A stretch of 64,000 nucleotides of DNA, from positions 3,377 to 67,376 of the forward strand of contig NZ_DAMCTG010000009.1 in NCBI RefSeq assembly GCF_032113835.1, read 5' to 3'. The position numbers were made by a program, and so were the translations under genes. This document shows positions 10,011 to 18,430 of this stretch, piece by piece. The DNA is from Achromobacter sp. Lineage in GTDB: Bacteria; Pseudomonadota; Gammaproteobacteria; Burkholderiales; Burkholderiaceae_B. The stretch's first letter is position 1. The number at the start of each line of letters is the position of its first letter. The notes under the pieces are model-generated. The model did not search any database and was not told the DNA's origin. It saw nothing but the letters and a program-made list of their open reading frames with translations.

Positions 10011-10772
10011 ATGGCCATGAAATTCACACCGGTATCCGTTTCGAACCCCGCCTTCGTCAAGCAGAAGCGCCGAGCCGCGCAGGGCAACCTGGACTGGCTG
10101 TCCCGGGCACTCGCGGATTTCGGAGACAAGGAACCTTTGAACTTGTCCTATATTCTTCTGGTTGGCGGCAACGACACCCTCTCATGGAGGCTGCGCACGG
10201 CCCAGTCGCACCTGCGCTTTGACTTGTTGCCGTCCTACTGGACTTCGGCGGTGCTGCTTAAGCTGCACAAGCAGGGGCTGGAAAAATCCACCGTGATTCA
10301 TGTGCCGCTGATACAGCCTGGCGAAGGCTTGTTTGCCACCGAGCGCAACGGCGTGGTGGAATCGCGCCTGGCCGATTTCGACGATGCTGGTGTCTGGAAA
10401 AATATCGCCCTTATCGCCCTGCCGGTCCCTCAAAAAGACGTGCTGGCGCAGCTCGAGCAATTCGAAAGAGGCCGCGGCTACGTCGACGCACTTGAGCACG
10501 TCCTGCGCTGGCTGGCCTTTGCCTGGGGCGTAGCGCGAACGCCAAATCCCATTCATGACGGCATTGGACTTCCGTCAGCATGCATGCTGGAAGCGCTGTT
10601 TGCCGCAGCCGGGATGGATATCACGCCGGGGCTGGAAACCCGTGCATCCAGCCCCGAGGCAATCTGGGCAACAGCGCTGTATTGGTACAACTACTATGAG
10701 ATCAATCAGCGAACTCCTCCCAAAGGCCGCTTTTTCACTCCGCACGACTATGACATCACCGACGGCAAATAA
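10011..10772 (+). CDS. Hypothetical protein
   Basis: 253-aa ORF, co-directional with and 26 nt after the phosphoesterase gene. Codon usage looks coding. No motif recognised. Confidence 0.55.
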   Translation: MAMKFTPVSVSNPAFVKQKRRAAQGNLDWLSRALADFGDKEPLNLSYILLVGGNDTLSWRLRTAQSHLRFDLLPSYWTSAVLLKLHKQGLEKSTVIHVPLIQPGEGLFATERNGVVESRLADFDDAGVWKNIALIALPVPQKDVLAQLEQFERGRGYVDALEHVLRWLAFAWGVARTPNPIHDGIGLPSACMLEALFAAAGMDITPGLETRASSPEAIWATALYWYNYYEINQRTPPKGRFFTPHDYDITDGK

Positions 10773-10802
10773 GTGCGAGCGTCCTGCTGGATAGCCCAAT
10801 GA

Positions 10803-11435
10803 ATGCTGCGGAAGCGAACGGGCGGAAAGCGCTTCCGCGCCCGATACTTCGGGCCGAAAGCGCTTCACGTGAGATATGACGTCGTCACGCAGCGTCGCCA
10901 GTTCCATTTGGGCAACCATCTTGCAGGTCGGCTTGGGCAGGATGTCCACGCAGCGGTCATGGACGTTGGACGAAAGGTCTACCGCGCGGGCTTGCTGGAA
11001 CCCTTGCTGGTGCTTGCCTTTCTATTCCAAGCCGTCAGCGGTCTTTATCTGGCCTGGCGCTGGAGTCACGCGCGGCAAGATGCGTTTCGTACCTTTCAGA
11101 TTGCGTCCGGCGTATTCCTTTCGGTCTTCATCCTCGGCCACATGAACTCCGTGTTCGTGTACGCCAGGACCTACCTGGGGATTCCGACCGACTGGCGTTT
11201 GCGACGGGCGCACCGACAGGCCTCATACACGACCCATGGAATATCCCCCCTGGTGCCGCATTACGCACTTGGCGTCTTCTTCGTGCTTGGCCATCTATTC
11301 GCGGGTTTGAGGGGCGTGCTCAACGCACACGGATATCGCCCGAAAGCGGCCAGACGCGTCATGCAGGGTGGCCTCATGCTCAGCGCAGCCGTGGCTGCAG
11401 CCATCATCGCCGCCATGTGCGGCGCAAGAATCTAA
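10803..11435 (+). CDS. Putative membrane protein, possibly a degraded cytochrome-b-like subunit; start uncertain
   Basis: The C-terminal two-thirds contain three hydrophobic helices with conserved-looking His residues (LVLAFLFQAVSGLYLAW, IASGVFLSVFILGHMNSVF, VFFVLGHLFAGL). The first roughly 50 aa are basic and non-hydrophobic, so the real start may be M53 (10959) or the gene may be damaged. Confidence 0.35.
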   Translation: MLRKRTGGKRFRARYFGPKALHVRYDVVTQRRQFHLGNHLAGRLGQDVHAAVMDVGRKVYRAGLLEPLLVLAFLFQAVSGLYLAWRWSHARQDAFRTFQIASGVFLSVFILGHMNSVFVYARTYLGIPTDWRLRRAHRQASYTTHGISPLVPHYALGVFFVLGHLFAGLRGVLNAHGYRPKAARRVMQGGLMLSAAVAAAIIAAMCGARI

Positions 11436-11770
11436 GCGATCCGAGATCATCCGCATCCGGGTTTTATCCCTCATGCCGGCACTGCCGGCGACACACCCAC
11501 GACGTCAAGGAGTAAGCACGAATGCTCGTTTCCATTCATTCCATGCTGGAGAGCCGATGGTTTTGGCAGAACTTAGGTCGCAATTGGCGAGACTCGAGAA
11601 ATCCACCATTGATTTCGTCTCGAATTTGTGTAGCCTTTTGAACCAGCAATCCCGTCGCACCGCTTTGACAGATCGGCAGCCAGCGCTCACTGCTCTTCTT
11701 GCTGGATGCACACTGGTTGGCATGTCCGCATTTCACTCGTAAGTATTTCCTCAAATACCAGAGGGCGAAA

Positions 11771-13183
11771 ATGGCTGAACCACAGACGCTGGCGGAGCGG
11801 AAAACGGTAGGTCGGCAGGCGCGGCGCCGAGCGAAGCGATCTCAACATGCGCAGATCGGCAACACGGCGCGTGATCCCATCGAGCTTCTCAAAAAAAATA
11901 GTGCCGGCCGCGTCGAGGCGCTGATTCCATTACGTTATGGGCGCATGGCGGTGTCGCCGTTCACGTTCTTTCGAGGCAGCGCGATACTCCAGGCGCACGA
12001 CCTTGCGGGGACCGTCGATTCCGGCATCGTCTTTCCGATCTGCGGGGACGCCCATCTGATGAACTTCGGCGGCTTTGCTACGCCGGAACGACAGCTTGTC
12101 TTCGATCTGAATGACTTCGACGAAGCCGCGACGGGTCCATGGGAATGGGACGTGAAGCGTCTTGCGGCGAGCCTGGCAATCGCCGGTCAACATGCCGGCG
12201 CTAAAAAAGGCACGATCAGCGACTTCATACACACGGCCGTCCTCGAATACGCCGCGCGCATGCGCGAGTACTCCGGCTTCAGCGCCCTCGAAATGTGGCA
12301 CGAAATGCTTTCCTTCGAACGGCTGCGGGACAGTGCGGCAACGGACGAGGGGCGCAAACTTATCGACAAGACGATTGCAAAGGCCGGCACCCGCACCCAC
12401 GAAAGCGTATTGAGCAAAATGGCCGTGCAGCGCGACGGCGCCTGGACAATCCAGGATGCCCCGCCCGCGTTGTTCCATCCGGCCGGCCCCGCCTCGTTGC
12501 TGGGACCCACCAGCAACTGGAGCGATACACATGCCTGGCGAGGCAAGCTGGCCAAGGCATTCGAGGCTTATACCGAGACGCTATCTGCGGACCAACGCAC
12601 CTTGCTCCGGCACTACACGCTGAACGACATCGCCTTCAAGGTCGTCGGTGTGGGCAGCGTAGGCACCTTCTGCCTGGTAATGCTGTTCATCGATGGACAT
12701 GGGAAACCCTTGTTCCTGCAAGTCAAGGAAGCGCGCAATTCGGTGATCGCCGACTACTACCCCGCGCCAGGCGAGAAGCACCAGGGCGAACGCGTGGTGG
12801 TCGGACAGCGGCTGCTGCAAGGAGCAAGTGATGCCTTCCTTGGCTGGACGTCCGGGCCTGCTGGCCGGAACTTCTATTTCCGGCAGTTGCGTGACATGAA
12901 GGTGTCGGCGGAGATCGAGCGTATGAGCAATACCTTGCTGCTGGGCTATTCCCGCTTTTGTGGCTGGGCAATGGCGCGAGCCCACGCCAAGGCCGGCGGG
13001 AAGGCCGTCGAGATTTCTGCCTATCTCGGGCGTGGTGAGGCCTTTTCCGACGCGCTGAACAAATACGCATTGGCCTACGCGGATCAGAACGAGGCGGACT
13101 ACACCGCCTTCATTCGTGCGTGCCGCTCTGGAAAGCTGGAAGCCCGTAGCGACGAAGACATGGCGGCGGACTTCCGTATCTGA
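11771..13183 (+). CDS. DUF2252 domain-containing protein
   Basis: Characteristic DUF2252 N-terminal region (RVEALIPLRYGRMAVSPFTFFRGSA ... CGDAHLMNFGGFATPERQLVFDLNDFDEA). ATG 11771 is preceded by GAGGGCGAAA. Confidence 0.85.
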   Translation: MAEPQTLAERKTVGRQARRRAKRSQHAQIGNTARDPIELLKKNSAGRVEALIPLRYGRMAVSPFTFFRGSAILQAHDLAGTVDSGIVFPICGDAHLMNFGGFATPERQLVFDLNDFDEAATGPWEWDVKRLAASLAIAGQHAGAKKGTISDFIHTAVLEYAARMREYSGFSALEMWHEMLSFERLRDSAATDEGRKLIDKTIAKAGTRTHESVLSKMAVQRDGAWTIQDAPPALFHPAGPASLLGPTSNWSDTHAWRGKLAKAFEAYTETLSADQRTLLRHYTLNDIAFKVVGVGSVGTFCLVMLFIDGHGKPLFLQVKEARNSVIADYYPAPGEKHQGERVVVGQRLLQGASDAFLGWTSGPAGRNFYFRQLRDMKVSAEIERMSNTLLLGYSRFCGWAMARAHAKAGGKAVEISAYLGRGEAFSDALNKYALAYADQNEADYTAFIRACRSGKLEARSDEDMAADFRI

Positions 13184-13262
13184 AAGCGCCGCGTGTTGGC
13201 GATGACCTTGTGCGGGTATGGCGCTTGCGCCACTACCCGCAGGTACGCATTCCAGCTATCGC

Positions 13263-13952
13263 TCAGCGTATCGGGAAGAACGTGCCGGCCAAGGATCCAT
13301 TCGCGCCGCAGTAAGGCGGATTCGATGCCCCCGCGCGGGGCGGCTGTTCCTCGACGACCAAGGCATCACCCTGGCGTTTCAGGTTCAGTACCCAGCCCTT
13401 GGTGTCGACGCTCTTGACCTGCAGGCGCTCGCCCTTGGCCTTGCCGGACGCCTCCGCGTTGCACGACCAGCTTCCGGTGCGCGGCTTTTCGGCCGAACCT
13501 TCGTACAGGATGTCGCCGTCGGGCTTCTTCCAGAGCGTGATCTCGCCGGAGATGTTGCGCCATCTGCCGGTAAAGCCCTTGCGTTCGGCCAAGTCCAGGG
13601 AGGCGAGGAACGCGTCCCGGTGTTTCATGCGGGTCGCGATTTCCTCGACCGGCTTGTTTTTGTCGAAAGGCTTCTCGAAGGCCTCGTCGCGCACCTGGGT
13701 GAAATCGCGCTGGTCGCGCAACAACGCCTCGGCCGTGACGGCGTCCAGGGATTTGCGCGCTTCGTTGTAGCGCTTGGCGATGCTCGAATCGAGCGCCGCG
13801 AGCTGCGGGTTCGCGCAGATGGCCTTTTCGGCGCCCGTGCGCGCCTTGGCGCAGTCGAACGAAGGCGAGGCCTCTGGCGCCGCCGTAGCGGTCAGGGAGA
13901 GTGCGCACAGCGCAGCGGCGCAGGCGGCGGGGAGCAGGGTTTTGGTCAGCAT
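13263..13952 (-). CDS. Lysozyme-inhibitor LprI-like (DUF1311) secreted protein
   Basis: Signal peptide MLTKTLLPAACAAALCALSLTATA. DUF1311 pattern: FDCAKARTGAEKAICANPQLAALDSSIAKRYN ... LLRDQRDF. Confidence 0.75.
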   Translation of the reverse strand: MLTKTLLPAACAAALCALSLTATAAPEASPSFDCAKARTGAEKAICANPQLAALDSSIAKRYNEARKSLDAVTAEALLRDQRDFTQVRDEAFEKPFDKNKPVEEIATRMKHRDAFLASLDLAERKGFTGRWRNISGEITLWKKPDGDILYEGSAEKPRTGSWSCNAEASGKAKGERLQVKSVDTKGWVLNLKRQGDALVVEEQPPRAGASNPPYCGANGSLAGTFFPIR

Positions 13953-14042
13953 GGTGCCGTGGATGATAGCGAGAAATTGCGAGGCGCAGAAGTGAACACA
14001 TCTTGCGTTCACCAATCAGGATACGAACGCTGGCCGGGGCCA

Positions 14043-14360
14043 CTAGAACTTATCGAACACGACGGCCATCCTGTGGCCCAATACTTTTCCCAGCTCGAGG
14101 GCCAATGCGTCGCCTACGCCCGGTCCATCGAATCCAAATGCGAGGTTTCCCAATCCCCATGCGAGCGGTAAAAATCGCCATTGATTGATACTGTCCGATT
14201 GTCGACAGCTTGGGCACTCAAGCTCGCCTCGTTCCCCGTCATACCAGGCGGAAATCAATTCGTCCCACGGGACGGAGCCGGCATCATGCGCGGCGGAGCA
14301 ACACGGGCAGCGCAGCGCCTCGACCTCCTGCGGACCGGCGTTGTAGACACGCCGCCCCAC
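14043..14360 (-). CDS. Small zinc-ribbon protein (hypothetical)
   Basis: 105 aa with two CxxC pairs (RCPCCS ... ECPSCR). GTG start preceded by GGAG. Confidence 0.45.
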   Translation of the reverse strand: MGRRVYNAGPQEVEALRCPCCSAAHDAGSVPWDELISAWYDGERGELECPSCRQSDSINQWRFLPLAWGLGNLAFGFDGPGVGDALALELGKVLGHRMAVVFDKF

Positions 14361-14384
14361 GATTGCTCCTATCCCGTTAGTGCC

Positions 14385-14582
14385 CTACTCGTTTACCCAT
14401 TCGGCCCACCGAGCGATATCGGGGCCAGGCGCGTGGCTGACAGGAGAACAAGCGACCTCGGCGTCGGAGGAGGGAACAGCGATGCCCATTGCCTCCATCC
14501 AACGCATGCCGCGCTCGGCGAAAACGGGCGCGTCTTCCAAGGAGACATCGAGATCGACGATATAGGTGGGTGAATCGCTCAT
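14385..14582 (-). CDS. Small acidic hypothetical protein
   Basis: 65-aa ORF, in the same frame as the downstream zinc-ribbon ORF and separated from it by a single TAG plus 8 codons. Confidence 0.35.
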   Translation of the reverse strand: MSDSPTYIVDLDVSLEDAPVFAERGMRWMEAMGIAVPSSDAEVACSPVSHAPGPDIARWAEWVNE

Positions 14583-14668
14583 GGGATACCGAAATGCGAT
14601 ACGTGGTTTCGTAGAAAAAGCCGCACCAGTATATTCATTGGATCGCTCCCCGCACCGCGATCAGGATT

Positions 14669-15112
14669 TCAAGGCCCCTTGCGCTCGGGGCCTTCACCGC
14701 CCTGCCCGTCTTCGCTTCCCGCAAGCGGCAGGCTCTCGTCGAGCCATCCCGTGATCCCGCCGCGCATCACCTTTACCGGCCGCCCCAGTTGAGCCAGCCG
14801 GATAGCGCCTCGTGTCGCGCCATTGCAATGCGGACCTGCGCAGTACGTCACGAACAGCGTGTCCGCGGGATAGCTCGCCAATTTCGACTCGACTAGCTTC
14901 CCGTGCGGCAGATTCACGGCGCCAGGCACATGGCCCTGTGCGAACAGTGCTGGACTACGCACGTCCAGCAGCACAAAGCCGGGTGTGCCGCTGGCGAACG
15001 CGCTGGCGACATCGGAACAATCGGTCTCGAATTGAAGTTCCGCGCGAAAGTGGGCGAGCGCGGATTCGCTGTCGGCGGCGGGGATGGCGGTGACGGGATT
15101 GGGGGTCGGCAT
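14669..15112 (-). CDS. Rhodanese-domain sulfurtransferase
   Basis: LLDVRSPALFAQGHVPGAVNLP plus the active-site loop FVTYCAGPHCNGATRGA. Start taken at MPTPN. Confidence 0.85.
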   Translation of the reverse strand: MPTPNPVTAIPAADSESALAHFRAELQFETDCSDVASAFASGTPGFVLLDVRSPALFAQGHVPGAVNLPHGKLVESKLASYPADTLFVTYCAGPHCNGATRGAIRLAQLGRPVKVMRGGITGWLDESLPLAGSEDGQGGEGPERKGP

Positions 15113-15240
15113 GAGAGAACCTTGAACAATAGGCCTGAGGAAGATATTCGCCCGGAAAGACTGATCCAGGAGCCTCATTCTGACGTCGGATCGCGATCTG
15201 GATAAGTGGCGTAAATGCCATTAACCGGTAACATCACGCC

Positions 15241-16200
15241 ATGGACAAACATCTCGTCGTCACGCTGGCCTACGACCGGCTCTGCACTTTCGAATTCGGC
15301 TGCGTGACCGAACTGTTTGCGCTCGAACGTCCGGAGCTCGGCGTCGATTGGTATCGCTTCGCGGTCTGCGCAAGCGAGCCCGGCCCGCTGCGCGCGGCTG
15401 GCGGCATCACGGTTGCCGCGCCCTACACCCTCAAGCTGCTCGATCAGGCGGACACGATCGTGGTCCCCGGCTGGCGCGATGCCGACGAAATGCCGCCAGC
15501 GCCCTTGCTGAAGAAGCTCCGCAAGGCGTACGAGCGTGGCGCACGGCTTTGCTCGATTTGCTCCGGTGTGTTCGTGCTGGCGGCGGCGGGTGTCCTCGAT
15601 GGAAAGACCGTGACCACCCACTGGCAATACGCCGCCAAGTTGCAGCAGCGCTACCCGCAAGTGCGCGTTGAGCCGGACGCCCTGTATGTGGATGAAGGAC
15701 GGATCATCACGTCAGCGGGCTCGGCAGCCGGTCTGGACATGTTGCTCCACCTGGTGCGACGCGACTACGGAGGCGCCGTGGCAAATCGGGTCGCGCAAAG
15801 ACTCGTGGTCGCTCCGCATCGCGAGGGTGGACAGGCGCAGTTCGTGCCGCGCCCCATGCCGCACGATGAGAGCGGGCGCCTGGCCAAGCTGATGGATTGG
15901 ATGCGCCTTCATTCCGCGTTGCCGCACACCTTGCGCTCGCTGGCCGAGCGCGCAGCCATGAGCCCGCGCACGTTGCAACGGCAGTTTCATGACGCCACGG
16001 GCATGGCGCCGTATGAATGGCTGGTCCGGGAACGGGTAGCGGCCGCGCGCGACATGCTCGAAGCCAAAACGCCTTTGCCGATTGGCCGCATTGCCGAGCT
16101 GGCCGGGTTCGGCTCGGAGGAGTCGATGCGCCGCCACTTTCGGCGCATCGTGCTGACGAGTCCGGCCGCTTACCGGGAAAAGTTCGGCAACGCCGCGTAG
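15241..16200 (+). CDS. GlxA-family transcriptional regulator (DJ-1/PfpI domain + AraC HTH)
   Basis: N-terminal DJ-1-like domain (DTIVVPGW ... LCSICSGVFVLAAAGVLDG). C-terminal AraC HTH (LAERAAMSPRTLQRQFHDATGMAPYEWLVRERVAAARDMLE). Confidence 0.9.
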   Translation: MDKHLVVTLAYDRLCTFEFGCVTELFALERPELGVDWYRFAVCASEPGPLRAAGGITVAAPYTLKLLDQADTIVVPGWRDADEMPPAPLLKKLRKAYERGARLCSICSGVFVLAAAGVLDGKTVTTHWQYAAKLQQRYPQVRVEPDALYVDEGRIITSAGSAAGLDMLLHLVRRDYGGAVANRVAQRLVVAPHREGGQAQFVPRPMPHDESGRLAKLMDWMRLHSALPHTLRSLAERAAMSPRTLQRQFHDATGMAPYEWLVRERVAAARDMLEAKTPLPIGRIAELAGFGSEESMRRHFRRIVLTSPAAYREKFGNAA

Positions 16201-16242
16201 GTGTTTTAAAGAGACCTGCTCAAGTCGTGGCAGCCGTCTGCC

Positions 16243-16980
16243 TCACCAGCGGATCGTATACGGATCATCCCCCAGCCCCCATACGCCGTCTTTCCGTTCC
16301 AGCATGATGTGCCGGGTCTGCCACTCGTCGGGCTGATCCTTCGAGGGAAAGCCGCTTATCTGGGGGTAAAACGCGGGGTCCGCCGCCCAATCCGCGGTGG
16401 CGCGATCCAGCCGCCATTCAAATTTCACCGCCGACACCGCGTTGGGGTTGTCGTCGAACGGATTCTTGCCCGGCTTGGAGTAGTCCAGGATCTTGCCGAC
16501 CTGCAGGCCAGGAGCGCAGAATTTCGCGGTGTAGACCAGTTTGGAAGCGAGGCGGGCCTCGCCATCGGTGTAGTAAGCACGGCCCTTTTCGGTCAGCGCC
16601 ATGTGGCTGGTGGCGTCGTCGGGATCCTCATCCGGTTTTGGCGGTGAACCGTCTCCGTCAGCACTGACGCGCTTGACCGTGATGAGTCCGTGTTTGATCA
16701 GCCCTTGCACGACCTTGTCCTGTTCTTCCAGGAAGACCGTGTAGACATCGGTCGGCAAGGGCCGCACACCCACCACATTGACGCAGGCGCTGCCTGGGGC
16801 ATTGGTGGGCGTTTCCATGGCGGTGACCAGGATCTTGTGTATCTTGCTTTCGGTCAGGCCTGGACCCAGTGGGGATTCCTTCCAGACATAAAACCCCACG
16901 GCTGCGGCGATCGCCAGACCCAAGGCCCAGGCCTTGCGCGGAATCCGGCGGCGTTTGGTCGTGCGCTGCTGCTGATTCAT
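16243..16980 (-). CDS. Membrane-anchored hypothetical protein
   Basis: Start at MNQQQRTTKRRRIPRKAW, followed by one TM helix (ALGLAIAAAVGFYVW). The remainder is predicted soluble. No family recognised. Confidence 0.6.
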   Translation of the reverse strand: MNQQQRTTKRRRIPRKAWALGLAIAAAVGFYVWKESPLGPGLTESKIHKILVTAMETPTNAPGSACVNVVGVRPLPTDVYTVFLEEQDKVVQGLIKHGLITVKRVSADGDGSPPKPDEDPDDATSHMALTEKGRAYYTDGEARLASKLVYTAKFCAPGLQVGKILDYSKPGKNPFDDNPNAVSAVKFEWRLDRATADWAADPAFYPQISGFPSKDQPDEWQTRHIMLERKDGVWGLGDDPYTIRW

Positions 16981-17154
16981 TCCCTTCCTTGCGGCTGGTG
17001 GACTCGCGATAGTAACGCGGAGCGCAAGGGGCCTGCGAGGCGCGGGTGGCGACCTCACGCGACTGCCGGGCCAGGGCATCTGCCATAAAAGCCATAGACC
17101 CGCGAGCGCCACCGTCATCCAGAAAGTGACCCCGCGGGCCGTCCACTTCCGCTA

Positions 17155-17754
17155 TCAGGGCTCGTATTTCGAGATCTTCGTTCCCTCGATCGAGACGCCG
17201 GCCATCAGGCCTCCGTTGTTCATCACGAAGCCAACAATCGGCTGCTTCGCGGTGTTCGTATCGATGCGTCCGTTGGCGCCGATATTGACGATCGCCACCG
17301 TGGCGTCGGCGCCGACAGTCCAGCCGCTGCTGTTGCGAAACTTGTTCAAGGCGTCATCCGTCATGAACAGCAGGACCATGGCCTTTGATTGCGCGCCCGC
17401 CTGAAAGCCGATCGACCCGGACGTGGTGCGGTAGTAGCCTACCGCCGACTGACCCACGCGCAGCACACCTTTGCCGTGCTCGGCGCCGACGATGAAACTT
17501 CCGCTGAGCACATCTGGAAACACCAGCACGCCCCTGGCACGAGCGACCAGTTCCCTGGACGACGGTGCGGCTTCGTAAAGCTTGGATAAGGTTGCATTGG
17601 CTGCGCTGTCCAACGCTTCCCGCGTATCGGTCTTCGGCGCGGCCGACGGTTTGGACGGTGGCGTCGTGGTACAGCCGCCAAAAAGGAGGCCAGCAGCACT
17701 GATGATTAAGAGGGCCATACCGGTCCGGCAGACGGCGGAATGCTTGTGAAACAT
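17155..17754 (-). CDS. SYLF/YSC84-like (DUF500) lipid-binding lipoprotein
   Basis: Lipobox LLFGGC. SYLF-type core: ARGVLVFPDVLSGSFIVGAEHGKGVL ... GSIGFQAGAQSKAMVLLFMTDDAL ... GWTVGADATVA. Confidence 0.8.
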   Translation of the reverse strand: MFHKHSAVCRTGMALLIISAAGLLFGGCTTTPPSKPSAAPKTDTREALDSAANATLSKLYEAAPSSRELVARARGVLVFPDVLSGSFIVGAEHGKGVLRVGQSAVGYYRTTSGSIGFQAGAQSKAMVLLFMTDDALNKFRNSSGWTVGADATVAIVNIGANGRIDTNTAKQPIVGFVMNNGGLMAGVSIEGTKISKYEP

Positions 17755-17822
17755 GACGTTCTCCTTTTGTGGTGTGTCGCACGGAAAGTTTGGTAACGCA
17801 TGAAAAGGCAGGCCCTGCGCGT

Positions 17823-18293
17823 TCAAGGCCCGACCTGATAGCCGCGCTGCTGCATGCAAGCGGCATAGGCCGACGATGTATTCGCACTCTGCTGCGCCTG
17901 GTCCGCGCGATCCTGACGCCGGTCCTGGCGTTGACGCGACCCGCCCACCACCATGCCCGCTGCGGCGGCGTCCTTCGCCTGGTTCTGTCGGTACGCCTGC
18001 TTGGTATCGTCATCCACACGGTCATACACCTCTTCGTGCTGGCGCCCACGCGCGCCCGCGACAACAGCGCCCGCCGCGGCGCCCGCTGCGGCGCCGCGGG
18101 CTCGTCCGCCGGCCGACGGCGTCTCGGCGGGCGCCGCGCTCGTCGTGTTGGCCGACTGCGCCTGGCATGCGGCGATGTCCTGCTGGGTCAGTTCAGGAGT
18201 CTGACCTTTGAGCGGCGTAACGGTCTGGGCGGTCGTCGACAGGCAAACGCCTGAGAGCAGGATCGCCATATAAGGGAAAATCGACTTGTTCAT
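17823..18293 (-). CDS. Secreted protein or lipoprotein with Gly/Ala zipper-like segment
   Basis: Signal or lipobox-like N-terminus MNKSIFPYMAILLSGVCLS. Central GRARGAAAGAAAGAVVAGARG. Rich in Q/R/D. Confidence 0.55.
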   Translation of the reverse strand: MNKSIFPYMAILLSGVCLSTTAQTVTPLKGQTPELTQQDIAACQAQSANTTSAAPAETPSAGGRARGAAAGAAAGAVVAGARGRQHEEVYDRVDDDTKQAYRQNQAKDAAAAGMVVGGSRQRQDRRQDRADQAQQSANTSSAYAACMQQRGYQVGP

Positions 18294-18430
18294 GAAAAGC
18301 TCCCTGAATATCAAGGTCCGGGATTCTCGGAGCGCGGCATCCCTCGTCCGAGCAATTAGGCGTGGCGCGCCGGCGCCTTCCAGCATTCCGGCCGCGCCGA
18401 CGATGTTCGCGGCGCTCGGCACGCTGGCGT

